DNA of 56,921 nt, counting the filler, from Sphacelaria rigidula (Eukaryota), in assembly GCA_964200075.2 (NCBI GenBank). It is 7 parts of 7 records of this genome, joined end to end, with 100 filler letters (N's around TTAATTAATTAA, not from the genome) between each part and the next. Parts side by side here need not be neighbours in the genome. Positions count along the whole stretch, not along the records: positions 8,148 to 16,193 come from CAXNAA020012514.1; positions 16,294 to 24,339 come from CAXNAA020012515.1; positions 24,440 to 32,485 come from CAXNAA020012516.1; 4 more parts are not named here. One strand, written 5' to 3'. The position numbers and the translations under genes were made by a program. This document shows, piece by piece, positions 12,317 through 25,060 of the stretch. The notes under the pieces were generated by a model. It had not been told where the DNA came from and made no database searches. It saw only the letters and a program-made list of their open reading frames with translations. Every line of letters begins with the position of its first letter. Positions within the stretch are counted from its first letter, which is position 1.

Positions 12317-13447
12317 ATTCTATAAAGGGCAGTCAGGGGTTGAGTTGAATACTGGATAAGTGGATGAAGCTTGATAACGCTTCAGCCGAAACTCAATACT
12401 ACAGAGTCACCTCTATGTTCAGCACCCTCGTGGTCGTCAGTCATAAGCTACATTCGATTGCCTGTCACCAGTTTGCAGATAACTGTCTACAACCCCTTGA
12501 CGCATCCTACATCGGGGAAAACGAATGGACACTGTCCCAGTCTTGGAACCCTGTGTAGACCCTGCACATCGTGATCCTGTGCACGTGATGAGCCTAATGA
12601 AGTCAGCTAGCACATGCGTAATGTCTACTTGCCGTGCAATCACTACAAGTACTGCATGTGGTCGGTGAATGCAATAGTGAAACAGGAAGACCTCGCCGAT
12701 ATTTCATTCATGGAAAAAGAGCGCAAGAAGAAGGACGAAGCTTACCTGAACCCGCCGTAGAGAAGAAATCCTAGCCGCAGATGTTGTAAAAATTGCACTT
12801 ACCGGCGACACGGGTCGATAACAATAAACCTTCAGTCACAGCACGCACAACGGCGGTGGGAGGGCCTCCAGGTCTATCACTCATGTCACCAGCGGAGCAC
12901 GTTATTTTGAAGTATATTCGTCGCTTCCTGTTTCACATGAGTATCCAGGTAAACATGTGTATACATAGCATGGTATTCACACCATATTTTTCTCTTTATG
13001 CGCCTCCACTCGTTCCATTCGAGGGGCTGAGGTGATACATTCCGAAAATGATTCACTACAAAAATGTTGAGTATCTACTACGGTAGTGTGATATTCGCTT
13101 CAACGACCACTGTGGAAGTGGGCCTTATGCTCGGCATGGAAACAAGAGAGAGCGAGACGGAAAAGAGCTGAAATAAAAGACGAGAAGTGGGACATTGACA
13201 TAGTGAGACTAACGGGATAACGTTATGGAGAAAAAGACAGGTAGACGGTAGACAATGAGGCGAATGACGAGGAACAATTCTCGTAAATACGTACAGGCTC
13301 AATAGGTCCCGTTGCTCAACAATAAGTCATACGTGATCCTCCATCTCCCCTTCCGGAACAGCCTGCCGTTTTCTTCGTGTCTATAACCGTCTGTATTCCT
13401 GCCTCCCTTTTCCCCCCTCGCCTGTCTCTGGCACAGACATCGCATAC

Positions 13448-13631
13448 CTCACAGTGACGGCCATGGCGAAAGTTTGCGACATTCCAAACAAGATGGACAA
13501 GATAGCGAGGCAGGCCATACTCCAGACCATGACCGGTTTACGCCCCACGCGATCCGCCATCCATCCCCAGAAGTAGCTCGACAGAAAGCGGCCGAGAGTA
13601 AACGAACTGGCCACATAGCCGGCGTAGTACC
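13448..13631 (-). CDS. Internal exon of an MFS transporter, ZIF1/ZIFL (zinc-induced facilitator-like, DHA1) type
   Basis: Translates GYYAGYVASSFTLGRFLSSYFWGWMADRVGRKPVMVWSMACLAILSILFGMSQTFAMAVTVR, containing MFS motif A (GxxADRxGRK). CAG acceptor and GTATG donor; 184 bp, phase 1 to phase 2. Confidence 0.85.
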
Positions 13632-16293
13632 CTGCGTGTTCCCGGCGACGCCGGCCGTAGCAACAACAGCGGCAAGCAAGAGCCGACAAAAAATGCCGGG
13701 GAGGGCAGGGAATAAAAGGAAAGCATAATGGCAACGTCCTTCCACGGCACAGCACAAAACCGAATGGCCAAAGAACATCTCGGACGCTTCTCTTCACCTC
13801 TTTCTACGGCCTGGAGGCTCAAGAACCCGCCGTCGGTCATTCCTACCTCAAACAAACAGGACCCCTGCGGAGTGATTGACACACCCCAGGACCGTTGAGC
13901 GCGCGCGTGCGCAAACGGCACAACACCTTGCGAAAAATGGAAAATGACATAAGCGGCACAGCAACTTGCAAAATTACGGAATATAAAGGCTGAACCCCTC
14001 CGTCGCTCGGTCATCGTTTAGGTGCACAGCGCAATCATGTCAAGACATTTTGCCTTACAGGGCGCTGGCAGTGTATAAAACAATGGTAGGAGCAGTAGAC
14101 GCACATGGTAGCCGTGGAGTATAACAAACAAAAAGGCATTGTGGACCGTGGGGTGACGGGAAGGCAAGCGAGCAAGACCAGGTGCCGCACGAAGCAGCTG
14201 TTGGGGAATTTGGGGAGATACAATCATGAAGCGCAATAGTACTGGCTTTTAGTCGATCAAAGGTTCCTGTTTCGGCATATGAACGGCTGTGCCTTATCGA
14301 GGTGATAAAAGAAGCCAAAAAGGAGAGAGCAATGGAGCTTGCATGCATACAACGAGCACTTCAAGTCCTACGGAGGATATGCACAACAAAAATTGGAACA
14401 GCGGTGCTTCTTTTCGCACTGAACACAGTCGGAAGCAGGTCTGGAAATATCAACGGACATGCCTGAAACCCTAAGCCGGAACACGCATGCATAGACACCC
14501 GCCCATAGCAGAGGCGCATCACGCCTAGCACTAGCTCTTGCTCATCTACACACAGCGTTGTTGGTTTCGTGGCAAGCCGGTCGGTTCTGGAAAAGGGCAC
14601 GGTATGCCACAGAAGTTGCTAACGAGGGAGTCCTTGGCTGTTTTGCGGGCGCGTTATATGCGGCGCGCGCTCGACAGAAATCGTGTCTCATTGAACTTCA
14701 ACTCCATTTGGCCGGGGGGGGGGGGGGCGTCTAACTCAGTTGATCAATAGGTATGGGTTGAGCTGTTCATTGTCTGCTCGTATCCTACGACAGTGAGATC
14801 ATAATTTAAATATTCTTCTCCAGGTTCTGTCTTTCCCGTGTCTAATTCGACCCAACAAACAGCATCCCCTCGTAGCTAAGCGGACTTGCGTAAGCGCCGC
14901 ATATATCGAAGTCGCTCTTGTTTATCAGCGAATTGTTGATGGGGCTTGCGAATCCCGTACTGCCCGGTGTACTATACCGTCAGCTGTACACGCCAGAGGA
15001 CCGCCTGATTTTGTTTCACGGTTTCAGGTGCGAACGGTGAAAACTGGGATGCGTACACCACCTTTACACACTGCTTCCAGAGTGTTAATAGCTGCCCCAC
15101 CCCTCCGCCGTGGGATTGTGTCCGTTCCGTTCATCACGGTATTGAGGCTCTTCGCACCCCTGGGCGATGGATCCGATACTTGTACGGAAATCTATCGATA
15201 TCACCTGGTTTTGCTATTCAAAGCACACCCATGTGCAATCACTCAGATTTGTGCGATCCTGAATGAATCGGTACTCCTGCTGTACTGTCGACCGGTAGGT
15301 CGCAGGTTTGCTACGTGAGAAGTGTGGTGTGTACACCTGCAGGTGGGAGGTTGCTAGGACATGGGCGTGCGGCGATTTGTGACCAGCAGGGTAGAAAGCG
15401 CGTTTGGTTGGGTGCCACGAACGAAGAGCGGCGTGGATGCCTGCTGGACATGCATCAATTTGCAATCCAGTTTCATCCTCGGCTGCTGCCATGTTTCCGT
15501 CTCTCGCTTATATTCTCAGTCACAAGTACTCTGCATCAGTAAATTAGTCGAACGCCACGGTGATCGTGATTTTTCTGTTTGCGTGGCTGAGCGGATACCG
15601 TTTACCGATTCATTCAAACCATCTTCCCTACTTCCACGCGTGGACCGCCCACGGTGCCGTAAGTACAGCAGTGGAGCCCACGATGAAAAAACGCGACATA
15701 CGAGCACTGCGACCGTTGCAGCGCAATAAGTGCCCTAGAACCGGTCGTGGTGGTACTCAAGTCCACCCTCGAAATTGGGGTTTTTGCGGGTCATCTTAGA
15801 CGATGACCCCGATACTCATGCGAGAATCAAAGTAAACCATTTGCTTGTTACCATGTTAACGCACCACTTTGCGATGACCCCGATGTGTGCGACGACCCAC
15901 AGTCTCATGATAGGCACCGCTCAAGATGCCTTGATGGTCTAATGTGCCTCATCGGCGAAGGGAAATGAAGCTGACAGTTAGGCCCATCCTCAGGCCTATT
16001 AGGGCCGTTATTATCGACAAAAGATAATGAGCAATGGCCTAAAAAAGGTGTATCTTCTTGGTTTTTGCCTAAGAAAGGCACGAGAAATGGCCAGAAACGC
16101 GAAAAAAGCCAAACACGCCATTTCGACCGTTTTCGCTCCGGAGTTTTCACGCACATCATTCGGGGGGGGGGGGGGGGGGGGGGTAGAGAACGGNNNNNNN
16201 NNNNNNNNNNNNNNNNNNNNNNNNNNNNNNNNNNNNNTTAATTAATTAANNNNNNNNNNNNNNNNNNNNNNNNNNNNNNNNNNNNNNNNNNNN

Positions 16294-16294
<1 letters not shown>

Positions 16295-16352
<58 letters not shown>
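16295..16352. repeat. (CA)n microsatellite at contig start
   Basis: About 29 CA units. Confidence 0.95.
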
Positions 16353-16355
<3 letters not shown>

Positions 16356-16517
16356 TCGTGTCCTACCGCAGACCTGTGTCATCTGTACAGCATCACATAG
16401 TTGTCATTTATATCACTCGGGCCAGGCAAGCGCAGTAGCTTCTCGTCGACCCATGCGATTTGAATCTGATGTACACCGAAAGCTACCCGTTAGGCTACTT
16501 AAAATGTATAAAAAAAT

Positions 16518-16941
16518 AAAGGTTGTTGAAAAGGGCATTTTTGACCCTTCTCCGTCGTGTTGCCCCCGAACAGTGAACTAAGCGGCTATTGACACCTTGG
16601 AATGACTTGCTCTACTCGCTGAGACCGTTCCAGAGCACACATGCGTTTGTTTCACGTAGGTCACGGTTTCGTTTTTGGCCAAACTTGCATTTTCGATAAC
16701 AAACGGTCAAGTTACCGAAAAAATGTCGGTTTCCCCCCTGTTTTTAGATAACTTGACCGTTTGTTATTAAAAATGCAACTTTGGCCAAAAACGAAACTGT
16801 GACCTACGGGAAACGCATGTGTGCTCTAGAACCGTCTCAGCGGGTAGAGCAAGTCATTCCAAGGTGTCAACAGCCGCCTGGCCCTCTTTTCGGAGGAAAA
16901 ACGACGGAGAAGGGTCAAAAATGCACTTTTCAACAACCTTT
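16518..16941. mobile_element. ~424-bp fold-back element with ~200-bp arms
   Basis: AAAGGTTGTTGAAAAGGGCATTTTTGACCCTTCTCCGTCG pairs with CGACGGAGAAGGGTCAAAAATGCACTTTTCAACAACCTTT. Pairing continues inward to ATAACAAACGGTCAAGTTA / TAACTTGACCGTTTGTTAT around a short loop near 16715-16750. Confidence 0.88.
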
Positions 16942-19033
16942 GAGTCATGCTACGATAGGGGGGGGGGGGGATTTGGGGCCGTTTCCTCCCATGAAATTCT
17001 GCTTGAAATCGTCGTTAAAAGTATAGCAACGGTTGTTCAAATGCGCTTGCTTCCGATAAATAACGCTCACTCATACCGCTTGACACCGCTTTTACCCCAA
17101 TACAAGCGCACTGCGAGTGTGTTAGGTCGTCTGAAGCATTTATGTGCCATTTTTTTGGTGGAATCAAACACCTCCCCCTATCGTAGCACGACTCCTTTGG
17201 TTTGGAATACATGAGAAGTAGCCTTACCTGTGAAATCCGAATCTAGTACAGTATACAAGAAACTCTTCAACAGCGGATCCTAATTTTTGGGGTTGATCTC
17301 TAAAATGTGATTCAAGTGGCATATTTTTATGCAGGAATGACGCGAAACAGTTACACAGAGCGAAACCATCTTTCCCCCCAAAAGTCTGCAACAGTGGATC
17401 AGTTGTGGCTAGGTGCACCAAACGCATGCGGTGTGCAATCGCTGGGCGTGACAGAGAAACGATCCGTGGGCAAGAGGGAGAGAGCGATGTTTTTTCCGTT
17501 TTGATTTTTCGTCGCCGCGAAAAACGAAAAGTGCAGATCGCTCGTGTGCTCTGCTGTTGTCGTTGGTACCAACGGTTGACAACAGCTTGTTGGTACCACG
17601 GGCGCTGGCGGAGCAGAGGCAGTGGCTCCAGCGAGCTATAACCAAGCAAGGTGTTCCGGTCGGCAGCATGCTGTACACGATCGATGATGCGTGGATGTGT
17701 GCAATCGCTGAGCGTGAGGAAGAAACAATCCGTGGGTAAGAGGAAGCGAGCGACGTTTTTCCGTTCCGATTTTGGTCGTCGAGAACAAGAAGTAAGTGCA
17801 GATGACGCGTGTGCTGCTGTTACACTTGTTACCAGCGCTTGGCAACAGGTTGTTGGTAGCACGGGTGCTGGCTGAGCAGACGAAGTGGCTCTAGCGAGCG
17901 ATCACCTAGCAGGGTGTTGCGGTCGGCAGCATGCTGTACACGATCTTTGATGTGTGGGTGTGTGCAACAGCTTGGCGTGATGAAGAAACGATGCGTGGGT
18001 GAGAAGAAGAGAGCGATGCTTTTTCCGTTTTGATTTCTTGTCGCAGCTTAGAACGAAACATGCACATCGTGGGTGTGCTGCTGTTGTCGTTGGCACCAGC
18101 GCTTGACAACAGCTCGTCGGTAGCACGGGCGCTGGCTTAGCAGACGAAGTGGCTCTAGCGAGCAATTACCTAGCAAGGTGTTGCAGTCGGCAGTATGGTG
18201 TACACGATCTTTGATGTGTGGGTGTGTGCAATCGCTTGGCGTACAAAAAAAACGATCCGTGGGTGAGAGGGAGCGAGCAATGTCTTTTTCCGCCTTGATT
18301 TTTTGTCGCCGCGTAGCACGAAACGTGCACATCGCGCGTGTGCTGCTGTTGTCCTTGGTACCAGCGCTTGTCAACAGCTTGTTGGTAGCATGGGGGCTGG
18401 CTGCGCCGAGGAGGTGGCTCCAGCGAGCGATCAACAAGCAAGGTGTTGCAGTCGGCAGCATGCTGTACGATCGAAGATGTGTGGGCGCGAGCAATCTCTT
18501 GGCGTGATGGAGAAACGATCCGTGGACGAGAGGGAGTGGGCGATGTTTTTTTTTTCCGTTTTGATATTTCGTCGCCGCGTAAAACGAAATCTTCACATCG
18601 CGCGTGTGCTGCTGTTGTCGTTGGTACCAGCGCTTGACAACAGCTTGTTGGTAGCACGGGCGCTGGCGGAGCAGAGGAGGTGGCTCTAGCGAGCGATGAC
18701 CAAGCAAGGTGTAGCAGTCGGCAGCATGCTGTACACGATCGATGATGCGTGGGCGTGTGCAATCCCTTGGCAAGATAGAGAACAGATCCGTGGTCGAAAA
18801 AAAGCTAGCGATATTTTTCCCCGTTTCCAAATTTTGCCGCCGCGTGAAACGAGATCTTTACATCGCGCGTGTGCTGCTGTTGTCGTTGGTACCAGCGCTT
18901 GACAACAGCTTGTTGGTAGCAGGGGCGCTGGCGGAGCAGACGAGGTGGCTCCGGCGAGCGTTTACCAAGCAAGGTGTTGCAGTCGGCAGCATGCTGTACA
19001 AGATCGGTGATGCGTGGACGTGTGCAATCTCTT

Positions 19034-19326
19034 CACGGGTGGCCACTGGGGTCTGTAACCTGGCCATTTTGGGACCTTATCCACCTTTGGCAAGGTCCGC
19101 GGGTTGGGTAGACAACTGAAGATCATTCGCACAGCATGGACAGGATCAAAACAAAACATGTCCCAGTCTATAGGCGGGTGACTCCCCTGTAGACTGCAAC
19201 ATCTTTTGTTTCGAACCTGTCCATGCTGTGCGAATGTTCTTTAATTGTCCACCTAATCCGCGGACCTTACCAGATGTGGATAAGTTCCCAAAATGGCCAG
19301 GTTACAGACCCCAGTGGCCACCCGTG
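19034..19326. mobile_element. 293-bp fold-back MITE, CAC...GTG termini, 2-bp TSD TT (CMC/EnSpm-like), inserted in the satellite
   Basis: CACGGGTGGCCACTGGGGTCTGTAACCTGGCCATTTTGGGA is the exact reverse complement of the 3' end. The neighbouring satellite unit gives the empty site (AATCCCTTGGCAAG), showing TT was duplicated. Confidence 0.9.
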
Positions 19327-21938
19327 TTGGCAAGATGGAGAACAGATCCGTGGTCGAAAAAAAGCTAGCGATATTTTTCCCCGTTTCCAAATTTTGCCGC
19401 CGCGTAGAACGAGATGTTCACATCGCGCGTGTGCTGCTGTTGTCGTTGGTACCAGCGCTTGACGACAGCTTGTTGGTAGCAGGGGCGCTGGCGGAGAAGA
19501 GGGGGTGGCTCCAGCGAGCGATCACCAAGCAAGGTGTTGCGATTGGCAGCATGCTGTACGCGATCGATGATGCGTGGGCGTGTGCAATCGCTGGGCGTGA
19601 TGGAGAAACATTCTGTGGGCAAAAAGAAGCGAGCGATCTTCTTTCCCGGCCGAAAGTTTTGTCGCCGCGTAGAACGAAATTTTCGCATCGCGCGTGTGCT
19701 GCTGTTGTCGTTGGTACCAGCGCTTCACAACAGCTTGTTGGTGGCACGGGCGCCGGCGGAGCAGAGGAGGTGGCATAAGCGAGCGATTACCAAGCAAGGT
19801 GTGCAGTCAGCAGCATGCTGTAAACGATCCATGATGTGTGGGCGTGTGCAATCGCTGAGCGAGGAGGAGAGAATATCTGTGGGCGAAAAGAAGCGAGCAA
19901 TAATTTTTATCATGTTTTGTATTTGTGTCGCTGCGTAGAGCGAAGCGTTCACATCGCGCGTGTGCTGCTGTTGTCGTTGGCGCCAGCGCTTGACAACAGC
20001 TTGTTGGTAGCACGGGCGCTGGCGGAGCAGACGAGGTGGCTCCGGCGAGCGATTACCAAGCAAGGTGTTGCAGTCGGCAGCATGCTGTACACGATCGATG
20101 ATGCGTGGGCGTGTGCAATCGCTGGGCGGGGAGGAGAGAATATCGGTGGGCGAAAAGAAGCGAGCGATATTTTGTCCCGTCTGGAACTTCTGTCGCCGCG
20201 TAAAACGAAATCTTCACATCGCGTGTGTGCTGCCGTTGTCGTTGGTACCAGCGCTTGACAACAGCTTGTTGATAGCACGGGCGCTGGTGGAGCAGACGAG
20301 GTGGCTCCAGCGAGCGATGACCAAGCAAGGTGTTGCAGTCGGCAGCATGCTGTACACGATCGATGATGTGTGGGCCTGTGAAACCGCTGGGCGAGGAGAA
20401 GAGAATATCGGTGGGCGGAAAGAAGCGAGCGATGTTTTTCCACGCTTGGAGGTTTTGTCGCCGCGTAGAACGAGATCTTTACATCGCGCGTGTGCTGCCG
20501 TTGTCGTTGGTACCAGCGCTTGACAACAGCTTGTTGCTAGCACGGGCGCTGGTGGAGCAGACGAGGTGGCTCCAGTGAGCGATGACCAAGCAAGGTGTTG
20601 CAGTCGGCAGCATGCTGTACACGATCGATGAGGTATGGGCGTGTGCAATCGCTGGGCGTGATGGAGAACCGATTCGTGGGCGAAAAGAAGCGAGCGATGG
20701 TTTTTTGCCGTCCGAAAGGTTTGTCGCCGCGTAGAACGAAATCGTCGCACTGCGCGTATGCTGCTGTTGTCGTTGGTACCAGCGCTTGATCACAGCTTAT
20801 TGGTAGCACGGGCACTGGCTTAGCAGAGGAGGTGGCTCTAGCGAGCGATTACCAAGCAAGGTGTTGCAGTCGGCAGCATGCTGTACACGATCTTTGATGT
20901 GTGTGCGTGTGCACTCGCTGGGCGAGGAGGAGACAGTATTCGTGGGCGGAAAGATGGGAGCGATGTTTCCTGCCGCTTGGATAGTTGTCGCCGCGTAAAA
21001 CGGATCGTTCACATCGCGCGTGTGCTGCTGTTGTCCTCGGTACCAGCGCTTGACAACAGTTCGTTGGTAGCACGGGTGCTGGCTGCGCCGAGGAGGTGGC
21101 TCCAATGAGCGACTACCGAGCAAGGTGTTGCAGTGGGCAGCATGTTGTACACGATCTTCGAGGTGTGGGCGTGAGCAATCGGTTGGCGTGATGGAGAACC
21201 GATCCGTGGTCGAAAAGAAGCAGGCGATGTTTTTCCACGTTTTCAATTTTTGTTATCCGTGTAGAACGAAATCTTTACATCGCGCGTGCTGCTGTTGTGG
21301 TTGGTTCCAGCGCTTGACAACAGCTTGTTGGTAGCACGGGCAGTGGCGGAGCAGAGGAGGTGGCTCTAGCGGGTGAAAAAAGCAAGGTGTTGCAGCCGGC
21401 AGCATGCTGTCACAATCGATGATGTGTGGGCGTGTGCAGTCGCTGGGCGAGGAGGGAAAAGTCTCCGTGGGCGAAAAGAAGCGAGCGATATTTTTTTACG
21501 TTTGGAATTGTCGTCGCCGCGTAGGACAGAACGTTCAGATCGCGCGTGTGCTGCTGTTGTGGTTGGTACGAGCGCTTGACAACAGCTTGTTGGTAGCACG
21601 GCCGCTGGCTGCGCCAAGAAGGTGGCTCTAGCGAGCGATTACCAAGCAAGGTGTTGTAGTCGGCAGCATGCTGTCCACGATCGATGATGTGTGGGCGTGT
21701 GCAATCGCTGGACGAGGAGGAAACAGTATCCGTGGGCGAAAAAGAGCGAGCGATGTTTCCTGCCGCTCGGATTGTTTGTTGCCGCGTATCACGAAATCTT
21801 CACATCGCGCGTGTACTGCTGTTGTCGTTAGTATCATCGCTTATCAACAGCTTGTTGGTAGCACGGGCACTGGCTGAGCAGCGGAGATGGCTCCAGCAAA
21901 CGATTACCAAGCAAGTTGTTGCAGTTGGCAGCATGTTG

Positions 21939-22387
21939 TGTTATGGAAATGTTGGCTCATGTCCATGTACAAGTCAATGTTTAGTTCCGTAGCACCGCTG
22001 TTGTATCATAGCAGGCCTTGTCGGTCTAGTATGTATCAGTTCATGTGTAACGTATGGTATGCGGAGGAACTACTTTGCTGTGTGTTCTGCCGTGGAGGTC
22101 ACTCCTCCTGTCTGGATCTTTCTGGATGCTCTGGTATATATGCTGCCCTGTTATCTCTGGAAAGCTACCGTTGTCTAGACTTCACTGTACTCTGTGCATT
22201 TCATCTGTGTGTGTATTGGCCACCTAAGCGCCACATTTCATCGTTACATCATCGTCTCTACAGCACGGAAGTATCTTCCTACTTCTCTTTCTTGTACTAC
22301 CCGCTGCAAGTGTCATCACGTCTCGACTAACATCGAGAGACACAGCCACTGCCCACAGTGCCTGGGGTATATCCAATATCCATGACA
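21939..22387 (+). mobile_element. Solo LTR (449 bp) inserted in the satellite
   Basis: TGTTATGGA...TCCATGACA termini. 5-bp TSD TGTTG/GGTTG with one mismatch. The satellite resumes in register. TATA-like TATATAT near 22135; orientation tentative. Confidence 0.8.
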
Positions 22388-24459
22388 GGTTGTACACGAG
22401 CGCTGATGCGTGGATGTGTGCAATCGCTGGGCGTGGTGAAGAAACGATCCGAGGGCAAAAAGGAGCGAGCGATGCTTTTTCCCGTCCGAACGTTTTGTCG
22501 CCGCGTAGAACGGAACGTTCACATCGCGCGTGTGCTGCCGTTCTCGTTGGTACGAGCGCTTGACAACAGCTTGTTGGTAGCACGGGCGCTGGCGGAGCAG
22601 AGGAGGCTGCTTTAGCGAGCGATTACCAAGCGAGGTGTTGCGGTCGGCAGCATGTTATACACGATCGATGATGTGTGGGCGTGTGCAATCGCTGGGCGAG
22701 GGGGAAAAAGTACCCGTGCGCGAAGAGAAGCAAGCGATGTTTTTTCACGTTGGGATATGTTGTCGCCACGTTGAACGGAACCTTCACATCGCGCGTGTGC
22801 TGCTGTCGTCGTTGGTACCAGCGGTTGACAACAGCTCGTTGGTAGCACGGGCGCTGGCGGAGCAGAGGAGGTGGCTCCAGCGAGCAATTACCAAGCGAGG
22901 TGTCGCAGTCGGCAGCATGCTGTACACGATCGGTGATGTGTGGTCGTGTGCAATCGCTTGGCGTGGAGAAACGATTCGTGCGCAAAGAGAAGCAAGCAAT
23001 CTTCTCCCACGTTTTCAAATTTTGTCGCCGCGTAGAACCAAACGTGCACATCGCGCGTGTGCTGCTGTGGTCGTTGGTACGAGCGCTTGACAACAGCTTG
23101 TTGGTAGCGCGAGAACTGGCTGAGCAGAGGAAGTGGCTCTAGCGAGCGATTACCATGCATGGGGTAGCAGTCGGCAGCATGCTGTACACGTTCTTTGAGG
23201 TGTGAGCGTGTGCAATCGCAGGGCAAGGAATAAACAGTATCCGTGGGCAAAATACAGCGAGCGTTATACTTTCCCGCTTTGATATTTTGTCGCCGCCTAT
23301 AACAAAATCTTCACATCGCGCGTGTGATGCTGTTGTCGTTGGTACCAGCGCTTGACAACAGCTTGTTGGTAGCACGGGCACTGGCTGAGCAAAAGAGGTG
23401 GCTTTAGCGAGCGATTACCAAGCAAGGGGTTGTAGTCGGCGGCATGCTGTACACGATCTTTGATGGGTGGGCGTGTCGATCGCTTGACGTGATGGAGAAC
23501 CGATCCGTGGGCAAAAACGCAAGCGATATTTATGACGTTTTCAAATTTTGTCGGCGCGTACAACCAAACGTTCACATCGCGCGTGTGCTGCCGTTGTCGT
23601 TGATACCAGCGCTTGACAACATCTTGTTTGTAGCACGAGCACTGGCGGAGCAGAGGAGGTGGCTCCAGCGAGCGATTACCAAGCAAGGTGTTGCAGTCGG
23701 CAGCATGCTGTACACGATCGATGATACTTTGGCGTGTGTAATCGCTGGGCGAGGAGGGAAAGTATATGTGGGCGAAACGAAGCAAGCGATGTTTTTCCCG
23801 TTCGGAATTTTCGTCGCCGCGTAGAACGAAATCCTCACATCGCGCGTGTGCTGCCGTTGTCGTTGGTACGAGCGGTTGACAACCGCTTGTTGGTAGCACG
23901 GGCACTGGCTGAGCAAAGAGGTAGCTCCAGCGAGCGATTACCAAGCAAGGTGTTGCAATCGGCAGCATGCTGTACACGATCGGTGATGCGTGTGTGTGTG
24001 CAATCGCTTGGCGTGATGGAGAACCGACCCATGGGCGAAAAGAAGCGAGCGATGTTTTTTCAAGTTTTCATATTTTGTCGGCGCGTAGAACGATATCTTC
24101 ACATCGCGCGTGTGCTGCTGTTGTCGTTGGTACGAGCGCTTGACAACAGCTTGTTGGTAGCACGGGCGCTGGCGGAGCAGAGGAGGTGGCTCCAGCGAGC
24201 GATCACCAAGCAAGGGATTGCAGTCGGCAGCATGCTGTACACGATTTTTGATGCGTGGGCGTGTGCAATCGCCGGGCGTGATGGAGAACCGATCCGTGGG
24301 CTGAAAAGAGCAAGCGATTTGTTTTCACGTGTTCAAATTNNNNNNNNNNNNNNNNNNNNNNNNNNNNNNNNNNNNNNNNNNNNTTAATTAATTAANNNNN
24401 NNNNNNNNNNNNNNNNNNNNNNNNNNNNNNNNNNNNNNNAAGTAGTCGACTGGGTTTGT

Positions 24460-24607
24460 GTGACGTGAGCTGACACGGTGCGGGAATGCTGACCCAATCC
24501 ACGAGACCAAAATATAAGGCGCGTACCGGGGGAGAGATGGGTTAATCCCTTGAGACCACGGGCTCATACCGAGGAAGGCAAGGGGTTCAAAGTGCAAAAA
24601 AAAAAAG
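24460..24607 (+). mobile_element. 3' end of an oligo(A)-tailed retroposon (SINE or LINE tail) family
   Basis: Ends TTCAAAGTGC-A11. Homologues at ~11320-11390 (-), ~40405-40560 (-, oligo-T), ~43130-43270 (-) and ~47005-47160 (+). Confidence 0.6.
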
Positions 24608-24769
24608 GCTCTCATTCAATCACCGAGCGCGAAGCGCTGTGTGCGTTCAGCGAGACGTATGAATGATGAGCTGTATCCTGCTGAGATTGTTTGGCCCAAA
24701 GCGTACTACTCATCTTGCGTTTGGATGACAGCCTCCAGTGAGTTGCTTCATTTTCTGGCATCGCCACTT

Positions 24770-25060
24770 CCAGAGACAGCCACGGCTTACACACTGCCTG
24801 ATGTCTCACCATTTATACACCACGTAGTACAATTATCCCCTTCACGCGGAGTTGAGGTTCTCCCACCACGCAAAATATGATCTAGCTCGGCCACCATCAT
24901 GGTTACCGCGCAAAACGCAACCGCGCAAAACAATCGGTAGCCTGGTTGCTTCGCTTACGCAGTGAGTGGCGTGTTTAACAGCGTCATCGCCAACCGACGC
25001 CAACCTCATAGGGGGTCCACCCCTATAAAGCCGGGACGGAGCACGCCGAGTTCTCGCGAA
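24770..25060 (+). repeat. Interspersed repeat (CATCGCCAACCGACGCCAACC...AAAGCCGGGACGGAGCACGCCG family)
   Basis: Reverse-complement copy at 40838-41135; partial copies at 32330-32405 and 40570-40631. Confidence 0.75.

Larger units (their letters stand above)
17426..24339. repeat. Tandem satellite array, ~264-265-bp monomer, ~23 diverged units, running off the contig end
   Basis: ACCAAGCAAGGTGTTGCAGTCGGCAGCATGCTGTACACGATC and CACATCGCGCGTGTGCTGCTGTTGTCGTTGGTACCAGCGCTTGACAACAGC recur about every 265 bp. Interrupted at 19034-19326 and 21939-22387. Confidence 0.95.

Noticed and set aside
14095..14160. Upstream exon of the MFS transporter (VHNAFLFVILHGYHV)
   Set aside because: Only vague similarity to the expected TM1 region, with no convincing splice sites or phase.
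17426..24339. CRISPR-like array or repeat-protein gene (many overlapping ORFs such as IARVLLLSLVPALDNSLL...)
   Set aside because: The variable parts are homologous to each other rather than unique spacers. The unit is ~265 bp, not a stable multiple of 3, and has scattered stops. There are no cas genes and the context is eukaryotic.
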